Source: Chrysiogenales bacterium
Lineage (GTDB): Bacteria; Acidobacteriota; Aminicenantia; UBA2199
Direction: 5' to 3'
NCBI GenBank assembly: GCA_963700535.1
Contig: CAVOXU010000005.1
Coordinates: 65,695-129,694, forward strand
DNA: 64,000 bases
Shown here piece by piece: positions 1 to 9,703 of the stretch (positions are counted from its first letter, which is position 1; each line of letters starts with the position of its first letter). The notes beneath the pieces are model-generated. The model had not been told where the DNA came from and ran no database searches. It saw nothing but the letters and a program-made list of their open reading frames with translations. The position numbers and the translations under genes were made by a program.

Positions 1-1
1 G

Positions 2-1009
2 GAATGCCGGCAGGAGCTGCCTGCGGCCATGGATCCGGACCGGGCCTTTGCCAATTTCAGTTTCATCGCCTCGCCGCTGGGATTTGTCCATGATATCGTC
101 AATTTCAGCCCGGCGGTCAAGGAAAAACTGATTGCCGGCATCAACGGCCTGCAGGCCGATTACGTGGTCATCGACCTGAAAGCCGGCCTCGACCGCAATG
201 TCCTGGAATTCCTGCCCCTTTCCAACAGCGGCATTATCCTGTTCACGCCCAAGCTGCGGGCCGCCACCCATACCGCGGCTGAAATGGCCAAGGCCGTCTT
301 GTTCCGCATGCTGGGCATCATGCTGACGTCACCACTGCTGCAGGATCACGCCAATGCTCCACAGGCCCTGTTTTTCCAGCGTTTGCGCGATTTTTTGGAA
401 AGGGGCAGCGACAGTGAAGCGAAAAACCTGGATGACTTGATAAGTGAAGCCGCGGGCCAGTTTCCCCAGGATAACTTTCTCAGGGTTTTGCGTTACTACG
501 TGGAAAATTACAAGATATATTATGTCCTGAACCAGTTCAACAGCATGTCCGAGTCGCTGGAAAACACCATCAAGCCTTTTGTCGAAGAAATTTTTAGCAC
601 TGCTTCCGCCCAGGTGTCATTTCACAACCTGGGTTGGCTGGTCGAAGATGAGCAGGTCCGCCGCTCGACCGAAGCCGGCGTGCCGTACCTGGTGCGCCGC
701 CATTATCAGAAAAAGCAGGCGGCGCCGCTTGTCCCTGATTTCGACGCGCAACTGCGCGATCTGTTCGGTATGGCGCAGAAAAAAGCTCCGCCAGAAAGGA
801 AAAAGGGCCTGGCCCATGAACTCAGCGGCCAGATCGACCTGCTGCGCAAGATTTATGTCTGCAACGCCGGCAAGGACCCTGAGACCAACCTGGATTTCAT
901 CGCCGCCCGGGTCAGGGACATTTCCGATAATTCGGTCCACCAATTCGGCATGAAGAGGATCTTCTCGGTGCAGGAATTTCTGGAGCGTTTCCAGGCCCGT
1001 CTGATCTGA
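2..1009 (+). CDS. MinD/ParA-superfamily ATPase-like protein, 5' end outside window
   Basis: Frame 2 is open from the first base. LQADYVVIDLKAGLDRNVLEFL...GIILFTPKLRAATHTAAEMAKAV resembles the Walker-B/switch region of MinD/ParA/FlhG-type P-loop ATPases. Walker A would lie upstream of the window. The C-terminal ~200 aa are unassigned. Confidence 0.45.
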   Translation, partial: ECRQELPAAMDPDRAFANFSFIASPLGFVHDIVNFSPAVKEKLIAGINGLQADYVVIDLKAGLDRNVLEFLPLSNSGIILFTPKLRAATHTAAEMAKAVLFRMLGIMLTSPLLQDHANAPQALFFQRLRDFLERGSDSEAKNLDDLISEAAGQFPQDNFLRVLRYYVENYKIYYVLNQFNSMSESLENTIKPFVEEIFSTASAQVSFHNLGWLVEDEQVRRSTEAGVPYLVRRHYQKKQAAPLVPDFDAQLRDLFGMAQKKAPPERKKGLAHELSGQIDLLRKIYVCNAGKDPETNLDFIAARVRDISDNSVHQFGMKRIFSVQEFLERFQARLI

Positions 1010-1084
1010 TATATAATGGTTGTCAATGTTTTTTTTCTTGCTGCCTGTCATTATAATCAGAAAGCGGAATTGGACTCATTTCAG

Positions 1085-1113
1085 TTGACATTTCGGTGTT
1101 TTTATGTAAAAAT
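1085..1113 (+). promoter_or_regulatory. candidate sigma-70-type promoter
   Basis: TTGACA at 1085-1090 is followed 16-17 nt later by an A/T-rich -10-like hexamer (TAAAAA/AAAAAT). GGAGG at 1150-1154 lies 7 nt before the ATG at 1162. Confidence 0.35.
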
Positions 1114-1161
1114 ATATTTTCTCTCGAAATTTGTTTAAAAGAAAATAATGGAGGTCTTTTT

Positions 1162-2958
1162 ATGCACAGCAAAAAATTGGGTAAATTTATATTGTGCCGT
1201 ATTGGCCATGGCGGTCCTGAGCGGCTCGCTCGCGGTCAGGGAGAACGTCAAGGACATGCCGCGGGTCGAGGAAATCGGCAAAGCTGTCGCCTGGCTGAAT
1301 GAGGTGATCATTGCCCAGTGAACCGCTGCACGTCTACAATGAAAAAACCATTGTCAGGTTCCATCCTTCAGGCAAGGCCTATATCTGTTTCAAGGATAAC
1401 ATCGATGACCAGAAAACCAACAAGCGCTCGATCAAATTGTACAGCTATGACGGCGTCAAGTCGACCATGATCAAGAACGTTTCCGAAGACAACCTCATGG
1501 CCTACGAACCCGACATGGTCATCACTCCCGACGGCTGGATCCACATCATTTGGGCCGAAGCCCTCAGCGCCAATGCCAACACCCAGCGCATCAAATACCG
1601 CTATTTTGACGGCGCCGAATGGTCGCCGATCACTACTCTGGTGACCCTGAACATCATCGGCACCACCGGAGGCTGGAATCCTGAGAAGCTTGACGACGTG
1701 CGCTTGGCCGTCGATGACGACCACAATGTTTTTGTCGCCTACATGCAGTGGCCCAATGCCCGCTGCGGCACTTTGAGCCGCTACGAAGACAAGGTTTACC
1801 TGGACCCTTATCCCATGGGCGGGCGCAGCAAACACCCCAGCGTGGCCGTGGACAGCAACTATGTGCATATTTCCTGGCAGCAACTTGAAGGTTCCGAGTA
1901 TACCATCCGCTACGCCCGACGCAGCAATACCCCGGGCTCGACCTGGACTCTCAGCCAGAAAGTCGTTACCAGCGGCGGACACCGCCCTTTCATCCGTACC
2001 GACAAAAATGACCTGCTGCACCTGGTCTACATGAAGGATGAGCCGGACGGAGTCAGACGGGACATTCACTACCGCCGTTGGAAAGGTTCGACCTTCTCGG
2101 GAAGCTACATGGTTTCCGATCTCAATACCGGCCTGTATCATACCCCGGCCATCGGCCCCCTGGACGAGGACAACGTGCTGATCCATTCCCAGACCTGGTC
2201 GGGCGGAGCCAAAAATTATTATAATTGGATGCAGAACGGCAAATGGAACGGTTGGAGCTTCCTCAACGCCATTCCCGCGACTTCTTCATTCGGGGAATGC
2301 GATCTTCATACCAATGGCATCGCCGCCGTGGCCTACGCCGCCAACGACAGCATCCGGCTGGTCACCAGTGAAAAGCTGAAGATCAATTCCCTGCCCGTGG
2401 CCAGGATCAAAACAGACAAGGATTCGCTCTTCTGGGGCGAGAAGATCAGCCTCGACGGCTCGGAAAGCACCGACAGCGACGGCACGATCGTAGCCTATGA
2501 ATGGAAAATCATCAATGATGGTGTCACCTTGGAAGGCGCCACCAGCGAGTACACGTTCCTGAAAAAATGGGGCAACATCACTATCAGGCTGACCGCCATC
2601 GACGACAAGGGCGGTCGCGGCATCGCCAGCAAGACCGTCAAGGTCGACGCCCTGTATTCGGCGCTCGTCCGTTGCCTGGACCCCGAAACTGATCACCACC
2701 CTGATTTACAACCGCGACGGCTACGTGGTCAGCTGGAAGGCCAACGACAAGAACAGCCAGGCCGGCTATAACATCGCTGCCTACAGGATCTACAGCAAGA
2801 TCGCCGGCAGCGACGACAACACCTATGTTCTCAAGGGAACGGTGAGTTCCGACAGGTTCGCTTTCGCCGACGTCAATGTTGAAGCCGGCAAGGAGTACGT
2901 CTACGCGGTGGCGGCCGTTGATGACCAGGACCGCCAGAGCCCATACAAAAATGAATAA
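1162..2958 (+). CDS. secreted beta-propeller-repeat / PKD / FN3-like protein, paralogue A (frame broken about 3 times in this assembly)
   Basis: The ATG at 1162 has a GGAGG RBS and a signal-like MHSKKLGKFIL...VLAMAVLSGSLA once the frame switches near 1200. The frame switches again at 1308-1321 and near 2665. Repeated blades (WIHIIWAE, YRYFDGAEWS, NVFVAYMQW, YVHISWQQ, IHYRRWKGSTFS) are collinear with the intact paralogue at 5167-6924. A PKD-like DSDGTIVAYEWKI...RLTAIDDKGG follows, then an FN3-like tail VSWKAND...YVYAVAAVDDQDRQS in another frame. Confidence 0.6.
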
Positions 2959-3045
2959 TTGCGTCCGGTATCTTGAACTGGTCAAGGATTACATTGACCG
3001 ATAAATGTGAATTTCCTGTCTTAAGGCAGACATCAAGGAGTGCTT

Positions 3046-4987
3046 ATGAAAAAACTTTTTTTCCTATTATTGAGCGGCTTGTTGCTTTGCGTGTTTTCCC
3101 AATCTCTGATCGCCAGGCCCGGATGAGGAAAACGCCGTTGCACCGGCAGCGCGAGACCATCAAGGCGAAATGCCCCAGGAAAGTGTCAGTGGTCCTGGAG
3201 ACGGTCAAAACTGAAACTTTTCCTGAATATCAATATTATGCCCTGCAGGCGCAGCCCGGGACCGTGGCGGTCAAGAGCCCGGCGATCGGTACGCTTGCTG
3301 AAGTCAAGATCGGCGAGGGATCGATGGTTTACGCCGGGCAGGAGATCCTGGCCATCGAAACCATCTCGAGCGAGGAGTTGGAGAAACTCGAAGCGGACGT
3401 GGCCAATAAGAAGAAGATCTGGACCGCCCGGCTCAATTGGAAGGAAAAAAGCGAAAGGGCCATCCAGATGGCCGAAAAAAGCCACAACGAAGCTTTGGCG
3501 CTGCTGGAAGAAAAAAAGACCCTGAGCCGCCTGACGGTCAATGCCCCGGCAACCGGCAAAGTCCATTTCATCCGGGATCTGGGCAGTCAAGTCGTCGCCG
3601 ATGCGGTGCTGCTGGAGATCGTCAATCCCGGGCGCATGATCTACACCCTCTCACTTCCCGGCCTTGAAGACAAAGCCTTCACCATCGGCCAGAAATTCGA
3701 AGGCCAGTGCTGAAAATTTCCAGGGCCAGGCCGAGGTCATCGCTGTCAGCGACGAGCAGATCACTTTCACTGTGGACAATACCGCGAACCTTTTGAATCA
3801 GGATACCGCCTTTTCCCTGAAAAAGCTGAAGGCCGAGCATGCCGACGCCATTGCCGTGCCGACCACGGCCATTCTTCAGGATAACCTGGGCGATTTTGTC
3901 TATGTGGCCGAAAAGAAAAGGGCCAAAAAGATCTATGTCACTCTCGGGGCAACCGAAGCCGGCAAAACCCTGGTGGAAAAGAACCTGGCGGCCGGTATGC
4001 TGTTGATCGTTTCCGGCTTCGACTGCCTGGCCCATGACAAGAAGATCCGCGTGGTCAACCAGGAGCAAATGGCCAAGGAAAAAGCCGAGGCCTTGGCCAA
4101 GCAAAAAGAGCAAAAAGCCAAAGCTGAGAAAAAAACCGCGGCCGCGGCAGAAACAAAGCCTGAGCCCAAGGTGGAAGCGCCGGCTGAACCGCAGTTGCCG
4201 GGAATCGAAGAGTTCATCGCTTACCTCGATGCCAACAAGGAAACCCTGCAATACGAACGTTATGAAAAAACTAAAATAAAAAAACAAAGGGCGTTGAAGG
4301 TCTTCTCCGGACTGGAAGCCCAGAAAAAATTGCTCGAACTGATCACGCAATATGCCGTAAAGGAAAGCAGTTTTGAATTCGCGGGCAACCAGGTGGTGGC
4401 CACCATTATCTTCAAAACTGCTGAACCGACCGGCCGAAAAGGAAGAAAAACCGGAAACAGAGGAAAAAGCCGGGCTGTTCGGCAATCGCCTGAGATTTGC
4501 CGTCCACGGCACCTACTACATGATGCTGGACCAGAATTTCAAGGATACCTACGTCGGCCTGAGCGGTTTCGGTGGTTCGCTTGCTTTCCGTTTCGCTTCC
4601 AAGCTGGATTTTTGGGTCAGTGGCGGCTTGGCGGCAAAGAACAATACGCCTGAGTGGAGCCCGGTGGAGCTGCAGTTCAGGCTCACCCCCCTGGCCGCCG
4701 CCCTGCGCTATTACTTCCTGGAAAAAGGCAAGCTCAGCGCTTTTGCCGGTGCCGGCGCCAATGTATTCCTGGTCAAGGACATGAATCCGATCGAGGACAT
4801 CAAAAAAACTCTCATCGGTTTCAATGCTTTGGCCGGCGGCTACTATAAGCTTTCCCGAAAAGTATTCGCCCAGCTCTTCCTGAAATTCAACATGGTGCAG
4901 AAGGACATTTACCCGGACTCAGATATTGATGACCCTTTGAACTTAAGCGGACTGGAATTGAACCTGGGCGTGGGGATTTTGCTGTAA
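3046..4987 (+). CDS. periplasmic adaptor (HlyD/RND-MFP-like) protein fused to a C-terminal outer-membrane beta-barrel-like domain (3 frame breaks)
   Basis: Signal peptide MKKLFFLLLSGLLLCVFSQS is followed by the MFP pattern: VKSPAIGTLAEVKIGEGSMVYAGQEILAIE, a short coiled hairpin, VNAPATGKVHFI, AIAVPTTAILQDNLGDFVYV and IRVVN. A Lys/Glu/Ala/Pro linker comes next. The tail has alternating-hydrophobic strands (LRFAVHGTYYMM, LAFRFASKLDFWVSGG, FNALAGGYYKLS, LELNLGVGILL). Frame switches lie near 3120, 3705 and 4425. The out-of-frame continuations are Arg-rich nonsense. Confidence 0.55.
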
Positions 4988-5130
4988 TCAATAGCCTGAA
5001 AGCCCGGCAGAAGGGTTTTTGGCAGGAGATTTTAGCGGTTTTTCAGCAAATTCACAAAAAAGCAAGTGCTGAAACCAGGGCTGTTTTCCACGGATTCCTG
5101 TCCGGGCGGATTGCAGAGTTGCAATTTGAT

Positions 5131-5165
5131 TTGAAAAAATGCGCTAATTACTTTATAATTATAAT
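5131..5165 (+). promoter_or_regulatory. candidate promoter TTGAAA-N17-TATAAT abutting the start codon
   Basis: TTGAAA lies at 5131-5136 and TATAAT at 5154-5159, with a second TATAAT at 5160-5165. The ATG at 5167 has no Shine-Dalgarno sequence. Confidence 0.35.
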
Positions 5166-5166
5166 C

Positions 5167-6924
5167 ATGAAGATAAAAGAATCAGCGACCAAATTGCTTT
5201 TTATCATGGCATTTATCGTTTTGGCATTTTCCGGCAGAGCGCTGCATGCCTGGTCCAGTCCGATCAAAATCGCTGGGACCTCGGGAACAGAATACCGCAA
5301 GCCCGTTGTCGCTTATGCGCCGGGCGGGAAGATCTATGTGGCTTATCAGGCAGGCCGCAACATCCATCTCAGTTCATACAATGGCAGCTCCGTTGCTTTT
5401 GAAAAAAATATAAGTGAAACAAACCTGATCGCTTATGAAGCTTTCCTTTACATCAACAAACGCGGCTATATCCATGTGGTCTGGATCGAGGCTTCGAGTT
5501 ACGATTCCGATACCCAGCACGTCAAGTATCGTTATCATAACGGCAGCAGTTGGTCCGCTGTTTCCACCCTGCGGACACTGACCATTACCGGCACAATTCC
5601 CGGCGGTTTCGTAACAACCAAAGTCGAGGACCTGCGCATCGCCGCCGACGAAAACAACAATGTGTTCATAGCGTTCATGATCTGGCCTGCCGCCCGCTGC
5701 CAGTTCATCAGCAAGTATGGCGGCACGGTCAAAGAGGAAGGATGGCCCATGAGCGGCCGCTCCAAGCACCCCGATGTCGTCGTAGACTCCAATTATGTCC
5801 ATGTCGCCTGGCAGCAGTTGTGGGGCAGCAATTATACGATCGCCTACAACCGCCGCAGTAACACCCAGACCGGCAACTGGGGGGCCAATATCGACGTCAA
5901 GGACGGCAACCATCGCCCGCGCCTGTCCGTGGATCCCACCCGCCAGCTCCATGTCATCATGATGAACGATTACAATGTCAGTGTTCTCCGTGACACCTAT
6001 TATAAATATTGGACCGGCAGCGGTTTTTCCACCAGGTTTCTGGTTACCAATGACGCTGCCCGGGCCTACCATGAGATCAATGTCAGCGCCCTGAGCAGAG
6101 ACAATGTCTTTATCAGCGAATGGGCGGGAAGCACGGTCTATTTCAACTGGAAACAGAACGGGCGCTGGACCGGGCACAAGACGGTGCCGGCCCCGGGAAT
6201 CAAGCCCGGGTTCTCCAGCAGCGCCTTGTCTGCCGGGGGACAGGCAGCAGTGGCCGTCGCCAATTCCACCACTGCCGTTTATCTTATTTTAAGCCAGGGT
6301 GAAAGCCCGGATCCCAACCCCCCCGGACCAGACCCCGATCCCATACCGGATCCCAACGTGCCGCCCACGGCTTTTTTCTCTTTTTCGCCGACCAGCGGTC
6401 TATATCCTCTGGCCGTGAATTTCAATGCCGGCAATTCCAAGGACAGTGACGGCCAGATCACCTCTTACGATTGGACTTTCGGCGACGGAGCTAAGGGCTC
6501 AGGCAAGACCGTCAGCCATGTCTACAACAACGAGGGCCGTTATGAGATCGTCTTGCGCGTGACCGATGACGATGGTGCTTCGGCCAGTGCCACCGGCGAA
6601 GTGGAAGTTTTGGGCATCGCCCCGCCTCTGAACGTGCAGTTCCAGCGTTATGTGAACCGCAACCTTTTCTCAATTGAATACCTGTACCGCCTCACCTGGA
6701 ACCCCAACCCGCGCAACGAGGAAGTCGGGGCCAAGATCGTTGCCTACAAGATATACCGGCGAGAAATCGGCAAGGGCGGCTTGAATCATTTTTTTACCTT
6801 GCAAATTGGAACCAAGTCCAGTTATGAATATCTGGACCGCACCCTGGGTTCTACGGAACGTACATATGAATATGCGATCTCGGCTGTAGATGGCGCCGGC
6901 CGGGAAAGCGTCATGGGGCATTAA
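5167..6924 (+). CDS. secreted beta-propeller-repeat / PKD / FN3-like protein, paralogue B (intact)
   Basis: Signal peptide MKIKESATKLLFIMAFIVLAFSGRALHA. Blade motifs match paralogue A. A Pro-rich linker PDPNPPGPDPDPIPDPNVPP follows. The PKD motif is SKDSDGQITSYDWTFGDGAKGSGKTVSHVYNNEGRYEIVLRVTDDDG. An FN3-like C-terminus is present. The ORF track starts at 5119 (TTG), but the ATG at 5167 gives a proper signal peptide. Confidence 0.7.
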   Translation: MKIKESATKLLFIMAFIVLAFSGRALHAWSSPIKIAGTSGTEYRKPVVAYAPGGKIYVAYQAGRNIHLSSYNGSSVAFEKNISETNLIAYEAFLYINKRGYIHVVWIEASSYDSDTQHVKYRYHNGSSWSAVSTLRTLTITGTIPGGFVTTKVEDLRIAADENNNVFIAFMIWPAARCQFISKYGGTVKEEGWPMSGRSKHPDVVVDSNYVHVAWQQLWGSNYTIAYNRRSNTQTGNWGANIDVKDGNHRPRLSVDPTRQLHVIMMNDYNVSVLRDTYYKYWTGSGFSTRFLVTNDAARAYHEINVSALSRDNVFISEWAGSTVYFNWKQNGRWTGHKTVPAPGIKPGFSSSALSAGGQAAVAVANSTTAVYLILSQGESPDPNPPGPDPDPIPDPNVPPTAFFSFSPTSGLYPLAVNFNAGNSKDSDGQITSYDWTFGDGAKGSGKTVSHVYNNEGRYEIVLRVTDDDGASASATGEVEVLGIAPPLNVQFQRYVNRNLFSIEYLYRLTWNPNPRNEEVGAKIVAYKIYRREIGKGGLNHFFTLQIGTKSSYEYLDRTLGSTERTYEYAISAVDGAGRESVMGH

Positions 6925-7068
6925 CTTCTATCCCGGTTTCTGTCCGGCCCCGGTCGTCCTTGTTGCGGCTGCAGTGAAAAAGCCGGAAAAACTGATTTTA
7001 TCGATCTGCCAATAAGGCAGTGATTAGCTTGCCGCAGCGGCAGGGCAGGTCAGTTCTTGCTTGAAAAT

Positions 7069-8070
7069 TCATCGAGTCCTGGACCCAGGAGTGATTCCCC
7101 GAAAAAGCTTGCCGATATTCATGCCAATGGCCGTGGTTGCCGGTAACCCCACCAACAGGTTAACCCCTTTCTTGATTATTTGATCTAAAATGCTGATCGT
7201 TACGGCCTGCTTGAAGATAACCCCACTCATACCCAGGGTGACTGCCATGAAAGTTTCATATACGCCCACGCCCCCCGGGGTAAACGGCAGGATCTTGCTG
7301 ATATTGCCGACGCATATTGCGCATATGCATTGGGCAAGGGTAATTGACGCACCTGTTGAAATAGCGATAATGTAACAAGTCAATCCTTCAATGAACCAGA
7401 TCACGGCCGACAACAGAACCGTCACCATCAACAGCCGCTTGTCAGAAATGATCTGGTGGAAGCTTAAATAAAGTTCATTTAATTTACCGGCGATTCGCTT
7501 GATGGTTTTTCGTTTAAAATCCTTGAGGAACCAACGTGAAAACAGACGCTTTTTGTCGAGGATCAATAGAAAAGGTGCCCCGGAAATCACAAAACTCAAA
7601 ATGATAATAATCCCGAACCATAACGGGACCTGGTTATTGACAAAACCAATTCCAAACATCACCAATAAGAGGTTTATGGCAAACAAATCCAATATTCTTG
7701 TCTGCAGGATCAGTGCGACAGATTTGATCCCGCTCATCCCGTATAAGCGCAAATATCCTACAGTGGCAACATCGCCAAGCTTTCCGGGTAAGACCACATT
7801 CAGGGCATATCCTGAAATATGAAGTTTGAATAAATCCAGGAAACGAATTTGCTTGCCCATGGCTTTTGTCATGATATTCAAACGCCAGGTTCGGAAGTAC
7901 CATGAGCATCCATATACCGCGATCGACCCTGCGATCGCGATATATGAAAGCTGCTTCAGCTGGCCCAAAAACTCTTGAATTCCAACCAGATAAACCAGGA
8001 AAAAAAGTATCGCTATTCCAAAGGTCAGTCCCAGAAAATGAAGGATGATCCTTGATTTACTCGAATTCAT
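7069..8070 (-). CDS. flippase-like membrane protein (lysylphosphatidylglycerol-synthase TM-region / UPF0104 family)
   Basis: A 333-aa polytopic protein with about 8 hydrophobic segments, the conserved-looking PGKLGDV loop and C-terminal PFTPGGVGVYE. Confidence 0.6.
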   Translation of the reverse strand: MNSSKSRIILHFLGLTFGIAILFFLVYLVGIQEFLGQLKQLSYIAIAGSIAVYGCSWYFRTWRLNIMTKAMGKQIRFLDLFKLHISGYALNVVLPGKLGDVATVGYLRLYGMSGIKSVALILQTRILDLFAINLLLVMFGIGFVNNQVPLWFGIIIILSFVISGAPFLLILDKKRLFSRWFLKDFKRKTIKRIAGKLNELYLSFHQIISDKRLLMVTVLLSAVIWFIEGLTCYIIAISTGASITLAQCICAICVGNISKILPFTPGGVGVYETFMAVTLGMSGVIFKQAVTISILDQIIKKGVNLLVGLPATTAIGMNIGKLFRGITPGSRTR

Positions 8071-8114
8071 TTAGATGACCCTGCACCTCTTGATTTTGCG
8101 GCCGATCGTGCCCT

Positions 8115-9446
8115 TTAAAACTTGTCGATAATGGTTTTCCCAAAGCGCATCATATCATGAATCCAGGAATATATGAACCTGCCGTTCCTTCCCGACAGGT
8201 TCAGGTTGGAAAAATTTGCCAGATAATCGTTGATCAGCTTCACTTTTTCCTTGAAGCCGGTTTCCAATATCGGATAAGCGTTTTCCACCCGGTATACAGC
8301 GCTGTCCATGATTGCTTCCTGCTTGATCCAGTCAATGGCGATCAATTTTGAAATCACCGAATCGATCAGTTTTTGATCTGAAATCCTGCTCCAGATATCT
8401 TCCTCAGGCTGGCAAGGAATTTCCGCGACCAATGAAGTTTTTCCTGGAGGCGCCATATTGATATAGCGGTTCTTCGGTTCATAAATCCTGGTAAATTGGA
8501 AGTCGTCGTCGGGAAAGTAGACGGTGGCCGCATTGGTTATGGCACTTTCATCAAGAAAAATTGCGACCAGGATAATATTGCGGTAACGAAGCCCTTTTTT
8601 TACGGCCATTATTTCATCTGGCGGTTGCGGATCCATGATATCCAAAAAATAATCGAGGGCCAGGGTGCTTACAACTTCCTGGACCGCAATTTCCTTTGTT
8701 CCATTGATTTCGATAGCGAGGATCCTTTTACCATCATGCTTGATTTTAGTGATTTTTTGGTTCAGGAAAATACGTTCAAGACCGCAATACTCGCCCAATT
8801 TCTCGGAAATTGTAGCGATCCCCCCCCTGGGGTAATAGAATGAAGCTCCCTCCAAATGGGTGGTTTTTGCCTTGGCCCCGAGAAACGCCTCAGCAAAAAA
8901 GGTCTTCAAATTCAATCCTTTCATGCGTGTCCCGGCAATATGGGTTGACAATCGGTCGCAGGGAACCCCCCATAACTTCTCCGAGTAGTTCAGCAGGAAT
9001 TTTTCCGAGATAATCCTGCCATATGTCTGCAAAGCGAAATTTTCAAAATTCTTATGTTCGCTTTTTCCCTGAAAACGTGAATACAACACCTGCATTCCGG
9101 CTTTTGTAAAGGTGATGGGACCCAGTTTTTTCAACAAGTTCAGAGGCGACAAGGGAAAGTCGATCATTTTTCCGTGATGATAAATCTTGCTGGGAACGTT
9201 GACAAGGAACAGGTCGTCCCCAAGCAGGCTTTTTATAGTCGCAGTGATTTCCTTGTCTTTATCATGAAAGCGATGGGCGCCGGAATCCAGGCGAAAGTCT
9301 CCCTGAGAAAAGGTGGAGCAATTTCCCCCGATGCGATCGCTGGCCTCAAAAATTTCGAACGGCAGGCCTTTTTTTTTCGCATAGTAGCCCAAACCCAGGC
9401 CGGCAGTACCTCCGCCCAAAATGCTAATCTGCTTTTTCGTTTCCAT
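8115..9446 (-). CDS. FAD/NAD(P)-binding oxidoreductase (amine-oxidase / UDP-galactopyranose-mutase-like fold)
   Basis: N-terminal dinucleotide fingerprint ISILGGGTAGLGLGYYAKKKGLPFEIFEASDRIGGN. Length 443 aa. Confidence 0.65.
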   Translation of the reverse strand: METKKQISILGGGTAGLGLGYYAKKKGLPFEIFEASDRIGGNCSTFSQGDFRLDSGAHRFHDKDKEITATIKSLLGDDLFLVNVPSKIYHHGKMIDFPLSPLNLLKKLGPITFTKAGMQVLYSRFQGKSEHKNFENFALQTYGRIISEKFLLNYSEKLWGVPCDRLSTHIAGTRMKGLNLKTFFAEAFLGAKAKTTHLEGASFYYPRGGIATISEKLGEYCGLERIFLNQKITKIKHDGKRILAIEINGTKEIAVQEVVSTLALDYFLDIMDPQPPDEIMAVKKGLRYRNIILVAIFLDESAITNAATVYFPDDDFQFTRIYEPKNRYINMAPPGKTSLVAEIPCQPEEDIWSRISDQKLIDSVISKLIAIDWIKQEAIMDSAVYRVENAYPILETGFKEKVKLINDYLANFSNLNLSGRNGRFIYSWIHDMMRFGKTIIDKF

Positions 9447-9703
9447 AATTGAAAACCCCTTGTTTCGAGTATTAACTTTATTTGCTCCTGTTTGTATGGC
9501 AATAAACCTTCACACCGTTGCGGAATTGATTAAAAAACTGACCTCAAAATGGGAAGTAGCGGCAATTTCACTGAAAAAATCTACACCCAAAGAAGATCAT
9601 GTAAATAATACGCCAATTAACGCCACTTTGTCAACTTCTTCAGTTTGCTGACTGCTGGGGAAGTTATTTAGCCAAAGCGGGTAAGCATCCGAAAACATAT
9701 TGA

